A stretch of 64,000 nucleotides of DNA from an uncultured Muribaculaceae bacterium (lineage in GTDB: Bacteria > Bacteroidota > Bacteroidia > Bacteroidales > Muribaculaceae). The stretch spans positions 10,965-74,964 of the forward strand of contig CANDNO010000002.1 of assembly GCA_947386115.1 (NCBI GenBank), written 5' to 3'. A program made the position numbers and the translations under genes. Position 1 is the stretch's first letter; the number at the start of each line of letters is the position of its first letter. The notes under the pieces were generated by a model. That model ran no database searches, was not told the DNA's origin, and saw nothing but the letters and a program-made list of their open reading frames with translations. Below are positions 8,614-17,577 of this stretch, piece by piece.

Positions 8614-10365
8614 ATGAAAAAAATATTATATATATTCGCCGCAACTGCCCTGCTGTTTGGTTCGACATCGTGTAACGACGAACTGAACCTACGCAGCACG
8701 ACCCAGTTCACCCCCGAGGACGTATGGAACGACGAGGGAGCCGCCGATGGCTATGTCATCGCCTCATACCAGACATTTGCCGACCACCTCGGTAACTACT
8801 TTATTGACGGCAACAAGTTCTATGATGCATTCTCCGATATCGCCAAATCAACATCATGGGATCAATACGAGCACCAGTACAACAAAACCTGGATGCTCTC
8901 CAACTCATTCGGCAAAAACAACGCCGGCGTGTTCAGTTGCTGGGGCACCGAATATGGCCGCATCAAACGTGCCAACCGCCTGCTCAACGAGATTGACTTT
9001 TACGGTGTGCCGCGTTATGGCGAAGAATGGTGCGATATACGCCGCGCCGAGGTTCGCTTCTGCCGTGCCATCAGCTACTTCTTCCTTGCACGCGTTTATG
9101 GCGGTGTGGTTATCCGCACCGACAAATCGGGCGTGACCGGTGAACTCGACGACGGTCGCTACGAGGAAGACATCCACCGCGCCCGCCTCACCGAGGAGGA
9201 GACCTACGACTTCATAATCGATGAAATGAATTGGGCCATCGAACATCTGCCTAAAACATGGGCCGAGCATAAAGATTATAAAAACAAATACATAGGTCGT
9301 GCCACCCAGGGTATGGTCTACGGCTTCTTGTCGCGTATCGCTCTATATGCCAAGCGCTGGGATGTCGTTATTGACGCTGCCGACAAGTGTAAATCGCTCG
9401 GAGGCTATGATCTTAAACAAGCTTCATCAAGAAAGTTTGAAGACCTCGTAGAAAACTACAAGTCGCTGTTCAATTGCAAGAACGATGTAGCCAACCGCAA
9501 AGAGGTAATTTTTGCCATCTACGGTAAAAAAGACATCAAGATGAACGATTACGATATGCAGATGCGTCCATTCGGCGACTCTAAAATCGAACGTCTCGGT
9601 AAAGTGAACGCCCGCATCGTGCCCACCGCCGAGCTGGCCGACATGTATGAGTTCCACGACGGCACCGACATCAACTGGAACGACTGGGAATGGGACTGGG
9701 ACGACCCGTACACTATGCGTGAGCCTCGCTTCCAAGCTACCATATTATATGATGGAGCCGACTGGGAAGGACGCAAAATCGAAACTTACATAGGTAGCGG
9801 AACAGATAACGGCGCTGACTACTATACCGAATATCAGAACAACGCGTCGACCAACGGACACACTCCTACCGGCTACTATTTCCGTAAATATCTTATGGAA
9901 GGTGAAGAAATATCGACATCCAACCGTAGCTATAACACCGAAATCGTACTACGCTATGCCGAGGTATTACTCAATAAGGCCGAGGCACAGGCCGAGCAGG
10001 GAGACGTACCCGGGGCAATCGCGACACTTAATATTGTGCGCAACCGTGTAGGCCTGCCGGGCAAGTCGGCAACCGACAAGGAGTCATTCATGAAGATACT
10101 GCGTCGTGAGCGCTGCTGCGAGCTCGCCGGAGAGGGATTCCGTTTCTGGGACCTTCGCCGCTGGGACATGGCACGCGAGGTAATCGACGGCAAGAATGTT
10201 CACGGTACTCTCATCACCAAGACAGCAAGCGGTATCAAATCATATAAAGAGGTCGATGCCGACGGTGGTTCGAAACGCATCTATCAGGAGCGTTACAGAT
10301 ACTTCTCCCTCCCGTCAGACGAGCTCAACAACAACCACCTCTGTGTAGACAATCCCGACTGGTAA
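8614..10365 (+). CDS. SusD/RagB-family lipoprotein (PUL 1)
   Basis: Lipobox (LLFGSTSC). SusD C-terminal signature ERCCELAGEGFRFWDLRRWD. It lies directly downstream of the SusC gene. The start is set at MKKILY (8614). Confidence 0.9.
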   Translation: MKKILYIFAATALLFGSTSCNDELNLRSTTQFTPEDVWNDEGAADGYVIASYQTFADHLGNYFIDGNKFYDAFSDIAKSTSWDQYEHQYNKTWMLSNSFGKNNAGVFSCWGTEYGRIKRANRLLNEIDFYGVPRYGEEWCDIRRAEVRFCRAISYFFLARVYGGVVIRTDKSGVTGELDDGRYEEDIHRARLTEEETYDFIIDEMNWAIEHLPKTWAEHKDYKNKYIGRATQGMVYGFLSRIALYAKRWDVVIDAADKCKSLGGYDLKQASSRKFEDLVENYKSLFNCKNDVANRKEVIFAIYGKKDIKMNDYDMQMRPFGDSKIERLGKVNARIVPTAELADMYEFHDGTDINWNDWEWDWDDPYTMREPRFQATILYDGADWEGRKIETYIGSGTDNGADYYTEYQNNASTNGHTPTGYYFRKYLMEGEEISTSNRSYNTEIVLRYAEVLLNKAEAQAEQGDVPGAIATLNIVRNRVGLPGKSATDKESFMKILRRERCCELAGEGFRFWDLRRWDMAREVIDGKNVHGTLITKTASGIKSYKEVDADGGSKRIYQERYRYFSLPSDELNNNHLCVDNPDW

Positions 10366-10392
10366 TGTAACCTTTTTAACACTACTTCAATC

Positions 10393-10884
10393 ATGAAACT
10401 ATTATATAAAAACCTACTTTTTATCTTTATCACGGTTGCTTCGGTAGTAGGATTCGCCTCTTGCCAGAAAGCCGATGAAGATTTTAAACATGACAATAAC
10501 CTCATCTCCGACATGCGTCTGAAGATGAATCCTACGGCCGAAGGTATCAAAGGCGTTATAACTGAATATAACGCGGCCGGAGAAGTGGTTTCTGGCAAAG
10601 ATTTGACCGCCAAGGCTGTACAGGGTGGATATGGAAAGATTGAATTTATCCTCAAACGCAGCCTTATCGGAGCCTACGACCTTGAGAGCTGCTACCTCTC
10701 GGCTTCTCTTACATTCGACGAGGTAATTACCCCGCCCCTCACTCGACACAATATCACCAACCGCGATGCAAATGGTGTAGCTCAAGGTACAGAATTCATT
10801 GTAACCTCGGGCATAGGAACCACACGCCGCTACATTGTTATCGGTTACTTCGAGGGTGAATATATTTTTACCGGTGAAGAATAA
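10393..10884 (+). CDS. Small lipoprotein of unknown function (PUL 1)
   Basis: 163 aa with a lipobox (VVGFASC), 27 nt after susD. I recognise no family. The antisense ORF 10414..10890 was rejected because it has no signal peptide. Confidence 0.6.
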   Translation: MKLLYKNLLFIFITVASVVGFASCQKADEDFKHDNNLISDMRLKMNPTAEGIKGVITEYNAAGEVVSGKDLTAKAVQGGYGKIEFILKRSLIGAYDLESCYLSASLTFDEVITPPLTRHNITNRDANGVAQGTEFIVTSGIGTTRRYIVIGYFEGEYIFTGEE

Positions 10885-10902
10885 TCTCAACGCTATAATA
10901 AT

Positions 10903-12534
10903 ATGAAACTACAATATTTTATATATACAGCATTCCTTGGTATTGGTGCAGCAGCCCTTTCGTCATGTGAAGATGACATGACCAAAGATCTACGTTCAGA
11001 TGCAGCCATCGAACCCTACGGATTTACCGTAGAATCGCCAACAATCTATGACGAAGAAGGAAAAATTAAGCGTCAAAGCAAGGTTTTCAAGGTTAAACCT
11101 TCGACCGAAAACGGTAATGTATTCAACATTCGCATCAGCCCGTTCCTTGATGCGAACGATTACCTTACCAACGCTAAGCCCTCCTTCAACCTCTCGATGG
11201 GTGCAACCGTAACACCCTCTATGACCGAGCCCCAGGACTTCAGCAACCTCGATGCACCGGTTGAATACACCGTAACATCAGGTGACGGAAAGAAAGTCGA
11301 AAAGTTCTACGTGAGCTGGACCGAGAGTGAGCTCAAGCCCTACGGTGAAGGCATGGGCGACGGCGAGCAGAGCGCTTACAAGACCTACGTTGAACTTGGC
11401 TATCCCGGCACATACGCCAAATGGCCTCAGGACGATAACCTCAACACATCTTATGGTGACCTTATGGGCTTCCCCGCCTTCTGTGGCAAGGACAAGATTG
11501 TTATATTCTCTCGTCGCTTCGCCTGGGGTGATAACGGTGATGCCGGTGCAAAATATGCAATGCAGCCAAATGACGCCCACGCCTTTAAAGTATTTGATGT
11601 AGCTACTTTAAATCCGGCCGGATCACTCAATCTTGGCAGCATTTCTCCGGGCGACGTAGTTGCCATAACATCCGACTGGCTTGGAAATATGGTAGCGTCG
11701 GTGGGTCGTAAAGCTTCCGGCAAGACCGATTTCTACTATTGGACATCACCCGAGGAGGAACCCATTCATGTAGGTACCGCCGATGTAACTACCGATATAA
11801 GCGCCAACTCTACCGATGGCGGATGCTATATCAACGTAGCCGGAGACATTACAACAAATGCAGTCATTGCCACATCGGCACCACGCACAAACAAGGGTCA
11901 GCACTACAAGTTTAATGCCTACCGCGGTAAACTCGAACCTGAATACACCATCATCGAGACCGGACGCAGCGAGCTCGATAAGAATCAGTTCCAGATGATA
12001 TCATACTTCGGCACCTATGAGAATGACCCGTATCTTGTAGGCGACTGCTCGGCCAACGGCAGCGAAGACAACGGTCAGATTCATATCTACCTCAACAACC
12101 CCGACGGATCGAACCGCGGTGAGGCCGACTACCACATGCTCGGGTACAACGGCTATATGCACGATGACGGCGAGCAATGGTGGTCACGCTCCGGCAAATG
12201 GCTCTCTCGCAATGGCGGACGACGTCCTACTGTACACGCAATGGTTCTTAACGGCAAACCATACTCTTATGCCACAACCGGAACCGACTGGCGCAACCGC
12301 GGAGTAATGTTCGATCAGGAACTCACTGAGGTAATTCCCGGATATCCCGCATTCGGATACGGACTCTGCACGAAAGAGAAGAATCCCAACAAGAATGAAG
12401 CCGGCATGTGGATAGGCGATTCATTCGGCTGTATGGCCGACTGGTACTTCGACGACGAGACACAAGAAGGTTACGTCGCTGTATGGTCCGATCGCTTCGG
12501 TCTGAACATGTTCTTCATCACCTGCTACGAGTAA
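10903..12534 (+). CDS. Lipoprotein of unknown function, candidate surface glycan-binding protein (PUL 1)
   Basis: 543 aa with a lipobox (AALSSC) and an Ig-like N-terminal module ending ..VEYTVTSGDGKKVEKFYVSW. I see no recognisable catalytic motif. Confidence 0.6.
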   Translation: MKLQYFIYTAFLGIGAAALSSCEDDMTKDLRSDAAIEPYGFTVESPTIYDEEGKIKRQSKVFKVKPSTENGNVFNIRISPFLDANDYLTNAKPSFNLSMGATVTPSMTEPQDFSNLDAPVEYTVTSGDGKKVEKFYVSWTESELKPYGEGMGDGEQSAYKTYVELGYPGTYAKWPQDDNLNTSYGDLMGFPAFCGKDKIVIFSRRFAWGDNGDAGAKYAMQPNDAHAFKVFDVATLNPAGSLNLGSISPGDVVAITSDWLGNMVASVGRKASGKTDFYYWTSPEEEPIHVGTADVTTDISANSTDGGCYINVAGDITTNAVIATSAPRTNKGQHYKFNAYRGKLEPEYTIIETGRSELDKNQFQMISYFGTYENDPYLVGDCSANGSEDNGQIHIYLNNPDGSNRGEADYHMLGYNGYMHDDGEQWWSRSGKWLSRNGGRRPTVHAMVLNGKPYSYATTGTDWRNRGVMFDQELTEVIPGYPAFGYGLCTKEKNPNKNEAGMWIGDSFGCMADWYFDDETQEGYVAVWSDRFGLNMFFITCYE

Positions 12535-12555
12535 CAGAGTTGAATTGATAGAATC

Positions 12556-12594
12556 AAAAAAAGAGTTTAATCGAAATGATTAAACTCTTTTTTT
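12556..12594. terminator. Bidirectional hairpin terminator between PUL 1 and tRNA-Gln
   Basis: AAAAAA-AGAGTTTAATC-gaaat-GATTAAACTCT-TTTTTT: a 12-bp stem with an A-run upstream and a T-run downstream. Confidence 0.75.
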
Positions 12595-12597
12595 GTG

Positions 12598-12668
12598 TTG
12601 TCTTACCAGGATTCGAACCTAGACAGGCAGAACCAAAAACTGCAGTGCTACCATTACACCATAAGACA
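12598..12668 (-). tRNA. tRNA-Gln (anticodon UUG)
   Basis: The hand-folded cloverleaf is: acceptor TGTCTTA/TAAGACA (U1-A72, as in bacterial tRNA-Gln), D-stem GTGT/GCAC, anticodon loop TTTTGGT, T-arm CTAGG-TTCGAAT-CCTGG. It is 71 nt and CCA is not encoded. Confidence 0.85.
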
Positions 12669-12711
12669 ATCCTATTTGCTCAAGCCGCACTCATGTGGGC
12701 CTAAAGCGTTG

Positions 12712-12719
12712 CAAAATTA
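12712..12719 (-). promoter_or_regulatory. Candidate -7 box (TAATTTTG on the minus strand) for tRNA-Gln
   Basis: The plus strand reads CAAAATTA, about 44 nt upstream of the tRNA 5' end. Confidence 0.35.
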
Positions 12720-12824
12720 CGCTATTTTTTGATTCCGTGCAACATATCCCGCCGTTTTTTCATCTCAACGCCCCCAAAATTTGCGACTCGCGGTAGAAGG
12801 TGTGGCGGAGGCCTGCGTCATAAA

Positions 12825-12931
12825 CGTAGGGACATGCCTTTGGCATGTTTATAATATCAACCGATAATCTAATAAATGATTTTGTTGACAATCAGCAACT
12901 TGAGTAAACATGCCGAAGGCATGTCCCTACG
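12825..12931. repeat. Inverted doublet of GTAG-plus-hairpin units (REPIN-like)
   Basis: The left arm is CGTAGGGACATGCCTTTGGCATGTTTA (12825-12851). The right arm is TAAACATGCCGAAGGCATGTCCCTACG (12905-12931). The arms are 27 bp with 1 mismatch, and each contains its own 7-bp hairpin. The spacer is 53 bp and AT-rich. Confidence 0.85.
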
Positions 12932-12951
12932 GATAATTTCGGGGGGAGGGG

Positions 12952-15309
12952 TTACTCGGGCTTGACGAGGCGGACGTGGTAGACGCCGCCGGCGATGTTG
13001 CCTTTCTCGCTCACAAATTTCACGTTGATGTGCTCTTTACCCTCGAGCAGGTGTGAGGGTATCTTGTACTCGACGTCGACAAACTCCTCGCTGTTCCATC
13101 GGCCAGATACATCCTCGTCGGCAAGCAGGATGTCATCGACAAGGATCGAGAATTTGCGGCGTCCGTTCTCGTTGCCCCAGTAGCTCACTCGCAGGGCAAG
13201 ATCGGTCTCGGAGCATGGTTTCATACGGTAGGCAAAGAATCCGCCGTCGTGGGCGTCACGCCAGGCCTTGCCGAAGTTGACACCGCGGTTGGAATGCTCG
13301 GTGGTCATGAAGTGGTCGGCCTCGGGCTGCTGCTCGCCGGTATTAACGGCATCGACGGTGCGGCGGTCGAGGGCAAGAAGGGCTTCCTCGGCGGCGCGCT
13401 CACGTTCCAGATATGCCTGATACTCGGGCTGTGTCATCGACAGCCAGTACATCATGTAGCGGCAGTCGTGGAGACGTGCGAAGGGTTTGAGCGTGATCTC
13501 CTGCGACGGATCGCTCGTGATGCCCGACACCTTGTAAGTGAGTCCCTCGCCATCAACAGACTTGGCCGAGCGCAGACGCTCCAGAATCTCACTGCGTTCT
13601 CCCACGAGTATGGGTGTATCAAACACCGACACAAGCTCTCCGCCGGCTACATGGGCCCAGCGGCTGTCGTCGGCCACGAGTCCCGTGAGGCCCTCGGTGC
13701 TGTAAGAGGCTCCGAGCACTATGGGGCCTTTGACTATCGAGACATATTCGGGACAGTTGGGGAGCTCCTCGAGCCTCATCTCCATGGGGAGCGTAACCTC
13801 GACAACATCGCCGTTTTTCCACTTGCGGTCGATGGCGACATACGAGCCGGGGGTACCCTCAAACTTGAAATTCTTACCGTTGATCATGACCGTCATGTCA
13901 CTGCACCATCCGGGATAGCGAAGCATCATGGGGAAACGGCGCGACTTGCGCGTGTTGACGGTGAACCGCGCGGTCTCGCTGTCGGGGAACGAGGTTTCCT
14001 GAGTCACCGTAACACCCTTGTCTTTCCAGTCGAGACGCGATGCGATAAAGAGGTTCACATAGAGCGAGTCGGCAGCATGGGTGTATATAAACTGGCCATA
14101 CTTGCCGTGATTTTCCATGCCTGTACCCACGCAACACCACATGCCGGCATTGGGCCGGGAGTAGACGCGGTAATGTCCCGGGCGGGCCGATGTAAAGTAG
14201 ACATAGCCGCCATGGCCGGGGTGCTGTGACGAAAGGATGTGGTTGTAAAGAGCGCGCTCATAGAAATCGGACAGGGCGGCCGAAGGGGTCATACGGAACA
14301 AGCCCTCGGTGAGTTTGAGCATATTGTTGGTATTGCATGTCTCGGGGCCCTCGCGGTCGGTGACATAGCTGCGGCAATCGTCCTTCGAGGCGAAGTGCTC
14401 GCGACGGCTGTTGCCGCCTATCGACAGCGAGCGTGTATCGACCACCGTGTGCCAGAAGAAACGCGCCGCACGGTCATACTCCTCACCGCCGCCAAGCTCG
14501 GCAATGCGCTGGTAGCCCACTACCTTTGGCACCTGAGTGTTGGCATGCTTGTTGTCGAGATTGTCGACACCCGCCACCATGCTGTCGAGCAGCCAGTGGT
14601 GGGAAAAACGGCGTGCCGCATCGAGATACTTGCTGTCGCCGGTGATGGCGTAGGCATCGGCCAGCACTTCGTCCATGCCGCCAAACTCGTTGTCGAGCAT
14701 ACTTTCCATCGCCTTGTCGTCGATGTTGGCAATGAGATCGACAGCCCAGTCACAGAACAAGACGAACATGTCGCGTGCCCGGGTGTTGCCCGTATAGACC
14801 CACGCGTCGCGCAGGCCGGCATAGGTCTTGTGAACATTATACCAGGGCACCCAATATTTCCATATCAAGTCGACTTTGCCCTGTTTCAATTCCTTCCACA
14901 GGGGAGCGCCGCCGGGAACTCCGCCCACATAACCGTCACCGTTGGCATCCTGACACTTTTTAAGCTCGGCAATCATGTAGTCCATGCGCTCCTTCAGTGC
15001 TTTATTGCCGGTAGCGGCATAGTGGATGGCGAGGGCCGACAGATAGTGGCCGCCTATGTGGCCGTCGAGACCGTCCCAGCAAGGGAAACTCTCGGCTTTG
15101 GGCTCAAGGCCGGCCTCTTTGAAGTAGGGAGCAAGCAGGCGATCGGTGTCATACTGCAGCAGCACGTCGACATTAAGGTCGAGAGCATGCTTGAACGGAC
15201 CGTCGAGCAGCTGTACATCGCCCAGGGAAAATTCGTTGTCATACAGGCGCTCCTGAGCCACAGCTCCGAGCGACACCATAAGGATAATAAGTGAAAAGAT
15301 ACGATTCAT
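12952..15309 (-). CDS. GH127/GH146-family beta-L-arabinofuranosidase-like enzyme (DUF1680)
   Basis: 785 aa with a signal peptide. GHYLSALA is present. The E-x-C (PETCNT) and CC (MWCCVGTGMENH) motifs correspond to the Glu/Cys3 zinc site and cysteine nucleophile known for GH127. Confidence 0.75.
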   Translation of the reverse strand: MNRIFSLIILMVSLGAVAQERLYDNEFSLGDVQLLDGPFKHALDLNVDVLLQYDTDRLLAPYFKEAGLEPKAESFPCWDGLDGHIGGHYLSALAIHYAATGNKALKERMDYMIAELKKCQDANGDGYVGGVPGGAPLWKELKQGKVDLIWKYWVPWYNVHKTYAGLRDAWVYTGNTRARDMFVLFCDWAVDLIANIDDKAMESMLDNEFGGMDEVLADAYAITGDSKYLDAARRFSHHWLLDSMVAGVDNLDNKHANTQVPKVVGYQRIAELGGGEEYDRAARFFWHTVVDTRSLSIGGNSRREHFASKDDCRSYVTDREGPETCNTNNMLKLTEGLFRMTPSAALSDFYERALYNHILSSQHPGHGGYVYFTSARPGHYRVYSRPNAGMWCCVGTGMENHGKYGQFIYTHAADSLYVNLFIASRLDWKDKGVTVTQETSFPDSETARFTVNTRKSRRFPMMLRYPGWCSDMTVMINGKNFKFEGTPGSYVAIDRKWKNGDVVEVTLPMEMRLEELPNCPEYVSIVKGPIVLGASYSTEGLTGLVADDSRWAHVAGGELVSVFDTPILVGERSEILERLRSAKSVDGEGLTYKVSGITSDPSQEITLKPFARLHDCRYMMYWLSMTQPEYQAYLERERAAEEALLALDRRTVDAVNTGEQQPEADHFMTTEHSNRGVNFGKAWRDAHDGGFFAYRMKPCSETDLALRVSYWGNENGRRKFSILVDDILLADEDVSGRWNSEEFVDVEYKIPSHLLEGKEHINVKFVSEKGNIAGGVYHVRLVKPE

Positions 15310-15421
15310 AGTGAAACCGATGATAAGAAATTAAAAACAAAACTGGGAGTTTGTAACAAGGATAGGAAAAATGATTGGAAAAGGGAATCCTTATCTTATA
15401 GAGTATGTCAGGAACAGACTG

Positions 15422-17473
15422 TTATTCAGAGACAATCTTTTTTGTCACCACACGGCCCGACAGGTAACGGTAGCACGCGATGCCAATTCCCTCGGGGCGG
15501 CCCGAGAGTCGTCGGCCCGAAAGGTCGTAGTACTCTACCGACACAGGCTGCTCGCCATCGGCCACGACGTCGTCGACACCGGCCACCGATGCATTCACAG
15601 CCTCGATAGCAGCGAGGACCTCGGCGGTAGCTGCCTCATATCGCGACGGAGATGTCGACGTGAAGCCCTCGTAGGCATCAATCACGCTTTTCAGATTCAC
15701 CACTTCCTGCAGTTCGAGATACTCGGGGGCTATCGACCCGTACAGTTTCACGGCAGCAGCCATGGCACGCAGGAAACCACCCTTGTAGATGTCGGCAGCC
15801 GATGCCGATGTGGTGATTTTCAGTCCGCCCACGATCACGGCGGCCCACCCCGATGTCATGGTATAGCTCACGAGGTAGTCACCCTCGGTGGGTATCTCAA
15901 ACTCGTAGGCATGCAGTGTCGAGCCCTCAATAGTGCGGCCGCTGTTCTCGTCGAGATTGCCTGTCGAGGCAAGCGAACCGAAGCGGGTAACGGGGCTACC
16001 GTCGATACCGGCTACGGTGAAGTCAAAAGTCACCTTGCCGTCGAGCGAGCCCTTGTTCCAGAAAATAGAATTGAAATTGACCGTATATTTTCCCGGCACG
16101 AGATGCAGCCGGTAGCCGTCATAGCGGCCATAGGTAATCTCACACTTGTCATAGTCGCGGGCGCTGAGATAGAAACCCTCGCTGAAGTCGCCACCCTCGA
16201 GGAAGTACTTCATGCGTGCGCCGCCGGTGTTGGCCGAGTTCTGCTCTTTCTCATCCTTCTCGCCGTTGGCGCGGGAATTGCAGCGGTACCATCCGGCCGG
16301 AATACCCTCGCCCACCGAGCCCTGAGTGGCACGCAGATCGGGTTCGAACACAGTCTTCACGGCAAGCTGCTCGCCTACCTCTTCGATACCTATGACGTAG
16401 CCACATGTAAACTTTTTCATCACGCCGCCGCTCTCGCCCTTGACATTCTCCACGGTAAGCGTGTAGGACCCTTTGGGGAGCGTAACGCCGGCGGGCATAG
16501 AGAGGGTCATGTCGTGGCCACTGGCCGACACTTCGAGCTCACAAGAGGTCGAAGCGCCGGCGAGTACAGCCGTAACACCGTCGGTCTCGACAGCCTCGTC
16601 AAACGACAGGGTGATGTCAAGACCGCTCTGAGGCAGGTCGAAAGAGCCGTCTTCGGGCTCGACCGAAGCAACCTTGGGAGCGTCGGGGCCGAGCGACCAA
16701 CGGTTCATGAAAGCCCAGCCCTCGTCGCTCACACGCGCGAAAGCCTTGTCCTCACACTGCCAGTGGCCCTTGCCGTCGAAGGCGAGGAGCGACACCTCGA
16801 CACCGTTCTCGCCGTCGAGCCAGTCGGTGCGGGTGGTATTGGCATTAGGATTTCCCACGGGATAAGGGCGGGTGGTAACAGGCGTGGTATTGCAACCGTT
16901 GCGCTTGATCCAGGCATCGAGAGTGGGTTGTACGCCCGAGAACACGCACACGTCATCGCCCGTTCCATGGCAGTGCAGTATGGGCACAGGGCGTGAGCTC
17001 GCAGCTATTTTTTCGCCCATAGGATAGCCGCTCACGGGGACAAAGGCCGCGATGCGGTCGGCGATGCGGTTGGCACAGTGATAGGTGAACATGCCACCCA
17101 TCGAGAAGCCTGTCATATAGACGCGATTGGTATTTATACCATAGCGGCTCTCCATCTCCTTGATGATAGCCAGCACGAAGTCGATATCTTTGTTGCCCGA
17201 GATATCCCAGAACTTATTCTCGCCGTTTGGGAAAACGACTACAAACTTCTCACGGTCGGACACCTCGATCCAGGCCGAGTTGACGGTAGAGTGGTAGTTG
17301 GCATCCTGATTGGCACCGTGACACGCGATAACGAGCGCCGGGCTCTCGCCCAGGCCGGCCGGAGCATGCACGATCATAGTGCGCGTCGCACCGTTTACCG
17401 TGAGATTCTCGAGCCCTTGTCCCCAGGCAACAACCGAGCAGAGGACAAGTAATGAAAACAGAAGTCTTTTCAT
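15422..17473 (-). CDS. Secreted CE1/PHB-depolymerase-type esterase with Ig-like and beta-sandwich modules and a T9SS C-terminal sorting domain
   Basis: SPI-type signal peptide (no lipobox). Esterase core HGANQD...GFSMGG (GxSxG)...HCHGTGDD. The C-terminus VEYYDLSGRRLSGRPEGIGIACYRYLSGRVVTKKIV resembles a T9SS CTD. The start is set at ATG 17473; the track start at 17494 is a TTG. Confidence 0.7.
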   Translation of the reverse strand: MKRLLFSLLVLCSVVAWGQGLENLTVNGATRTMIVHAPAGLGESPALVIACHGANQDANYHSTVNSAWIEVSDREKFVVVFPNGENKFWDISGNKDIDFVLAIIKEMESRYGINTNRVYMTGFSMGGMFTYHCANRIADRIAAFVPVSGYPMGEKIAASSRPVPILHCHGTGDDVCVFSGVQPTLDAWIKRNGCNTTPVTTRPYPVGNPNANTTRTDWLDGENGVEVSLLAFDGKGHWQCEDKAFARVSDEGWAFMNRWSLGPDAPKVASVEPEDGSFDLPQSGLDITLSFDEAVETDGVTAVLAGASTSCELEVSASGHDMTLSMPAGVTLPKGSYTLTVENVKGESGGVMKKFTCGYVIGIEEVGEQLAVKTVFEPDLRATQGSVGEGIPAGWYRCNSRANGEKDEKEQNSANTGGARMKYFLEGGDFSEGFYLSARDYDKCEITYGRYDGYRLHLVPGKYTVNFNSIFWNKGSLDGKVTFDFTVAGIDGSPVTRFGSLASTGNLDENSGRTIEGSTLHAYEFEIPTEGDYLVSYTMTSGWAAVIVGGLKITTSASAADIYKGGFLRAMAAAVKLYGSIAPEYLELQEVVNLKSVIDAYEGFTSTSPSRYEAATAEVLAAIEAVNASVAGVDDVVADGEQPVSVEYYDLSGRRLSGRPEGIGIACYRYLSGRVVTKKIVSE

Positions 17474-17577
17474 AACTATTATATTGATTGTCAAACTCTT
17501 GTATAGATATAAGACAAGGGTGTTGCACAGAGCCGCAACCCATAGTGCAACACCCTATCTACATGAGAGTTAAGCGA

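Noticed and set aside
10414-10890. A 158-aa minus-strand ORF overlapping the 163-aa lipoprotein gene.
   Set aside because: The plus-strand ORF has a textbook lipoprotein signal and operon spacing after susD. The minus-strand ORF has neither and would oppose the operon.
13249-15294. Plus-strand ORFs of 326 aa and 351 aa.
   Set aside because: They are antisense to the GH127/146-like gene, which carries the diagnostic E-x-C and CC zinc-site motifs. The composition is low-complexity and rich in G, A, V and H.
15371-16996. A 541-aa plus-strand ORF.
   Set aside because: It is entirely antisense to the esterase gene, whose GxSxG core, signal peptide and CTD are recognisable. The translation is rich in R, G, A, V and H, typical of the antisense frame of a GC-rich gene, and has no start context.
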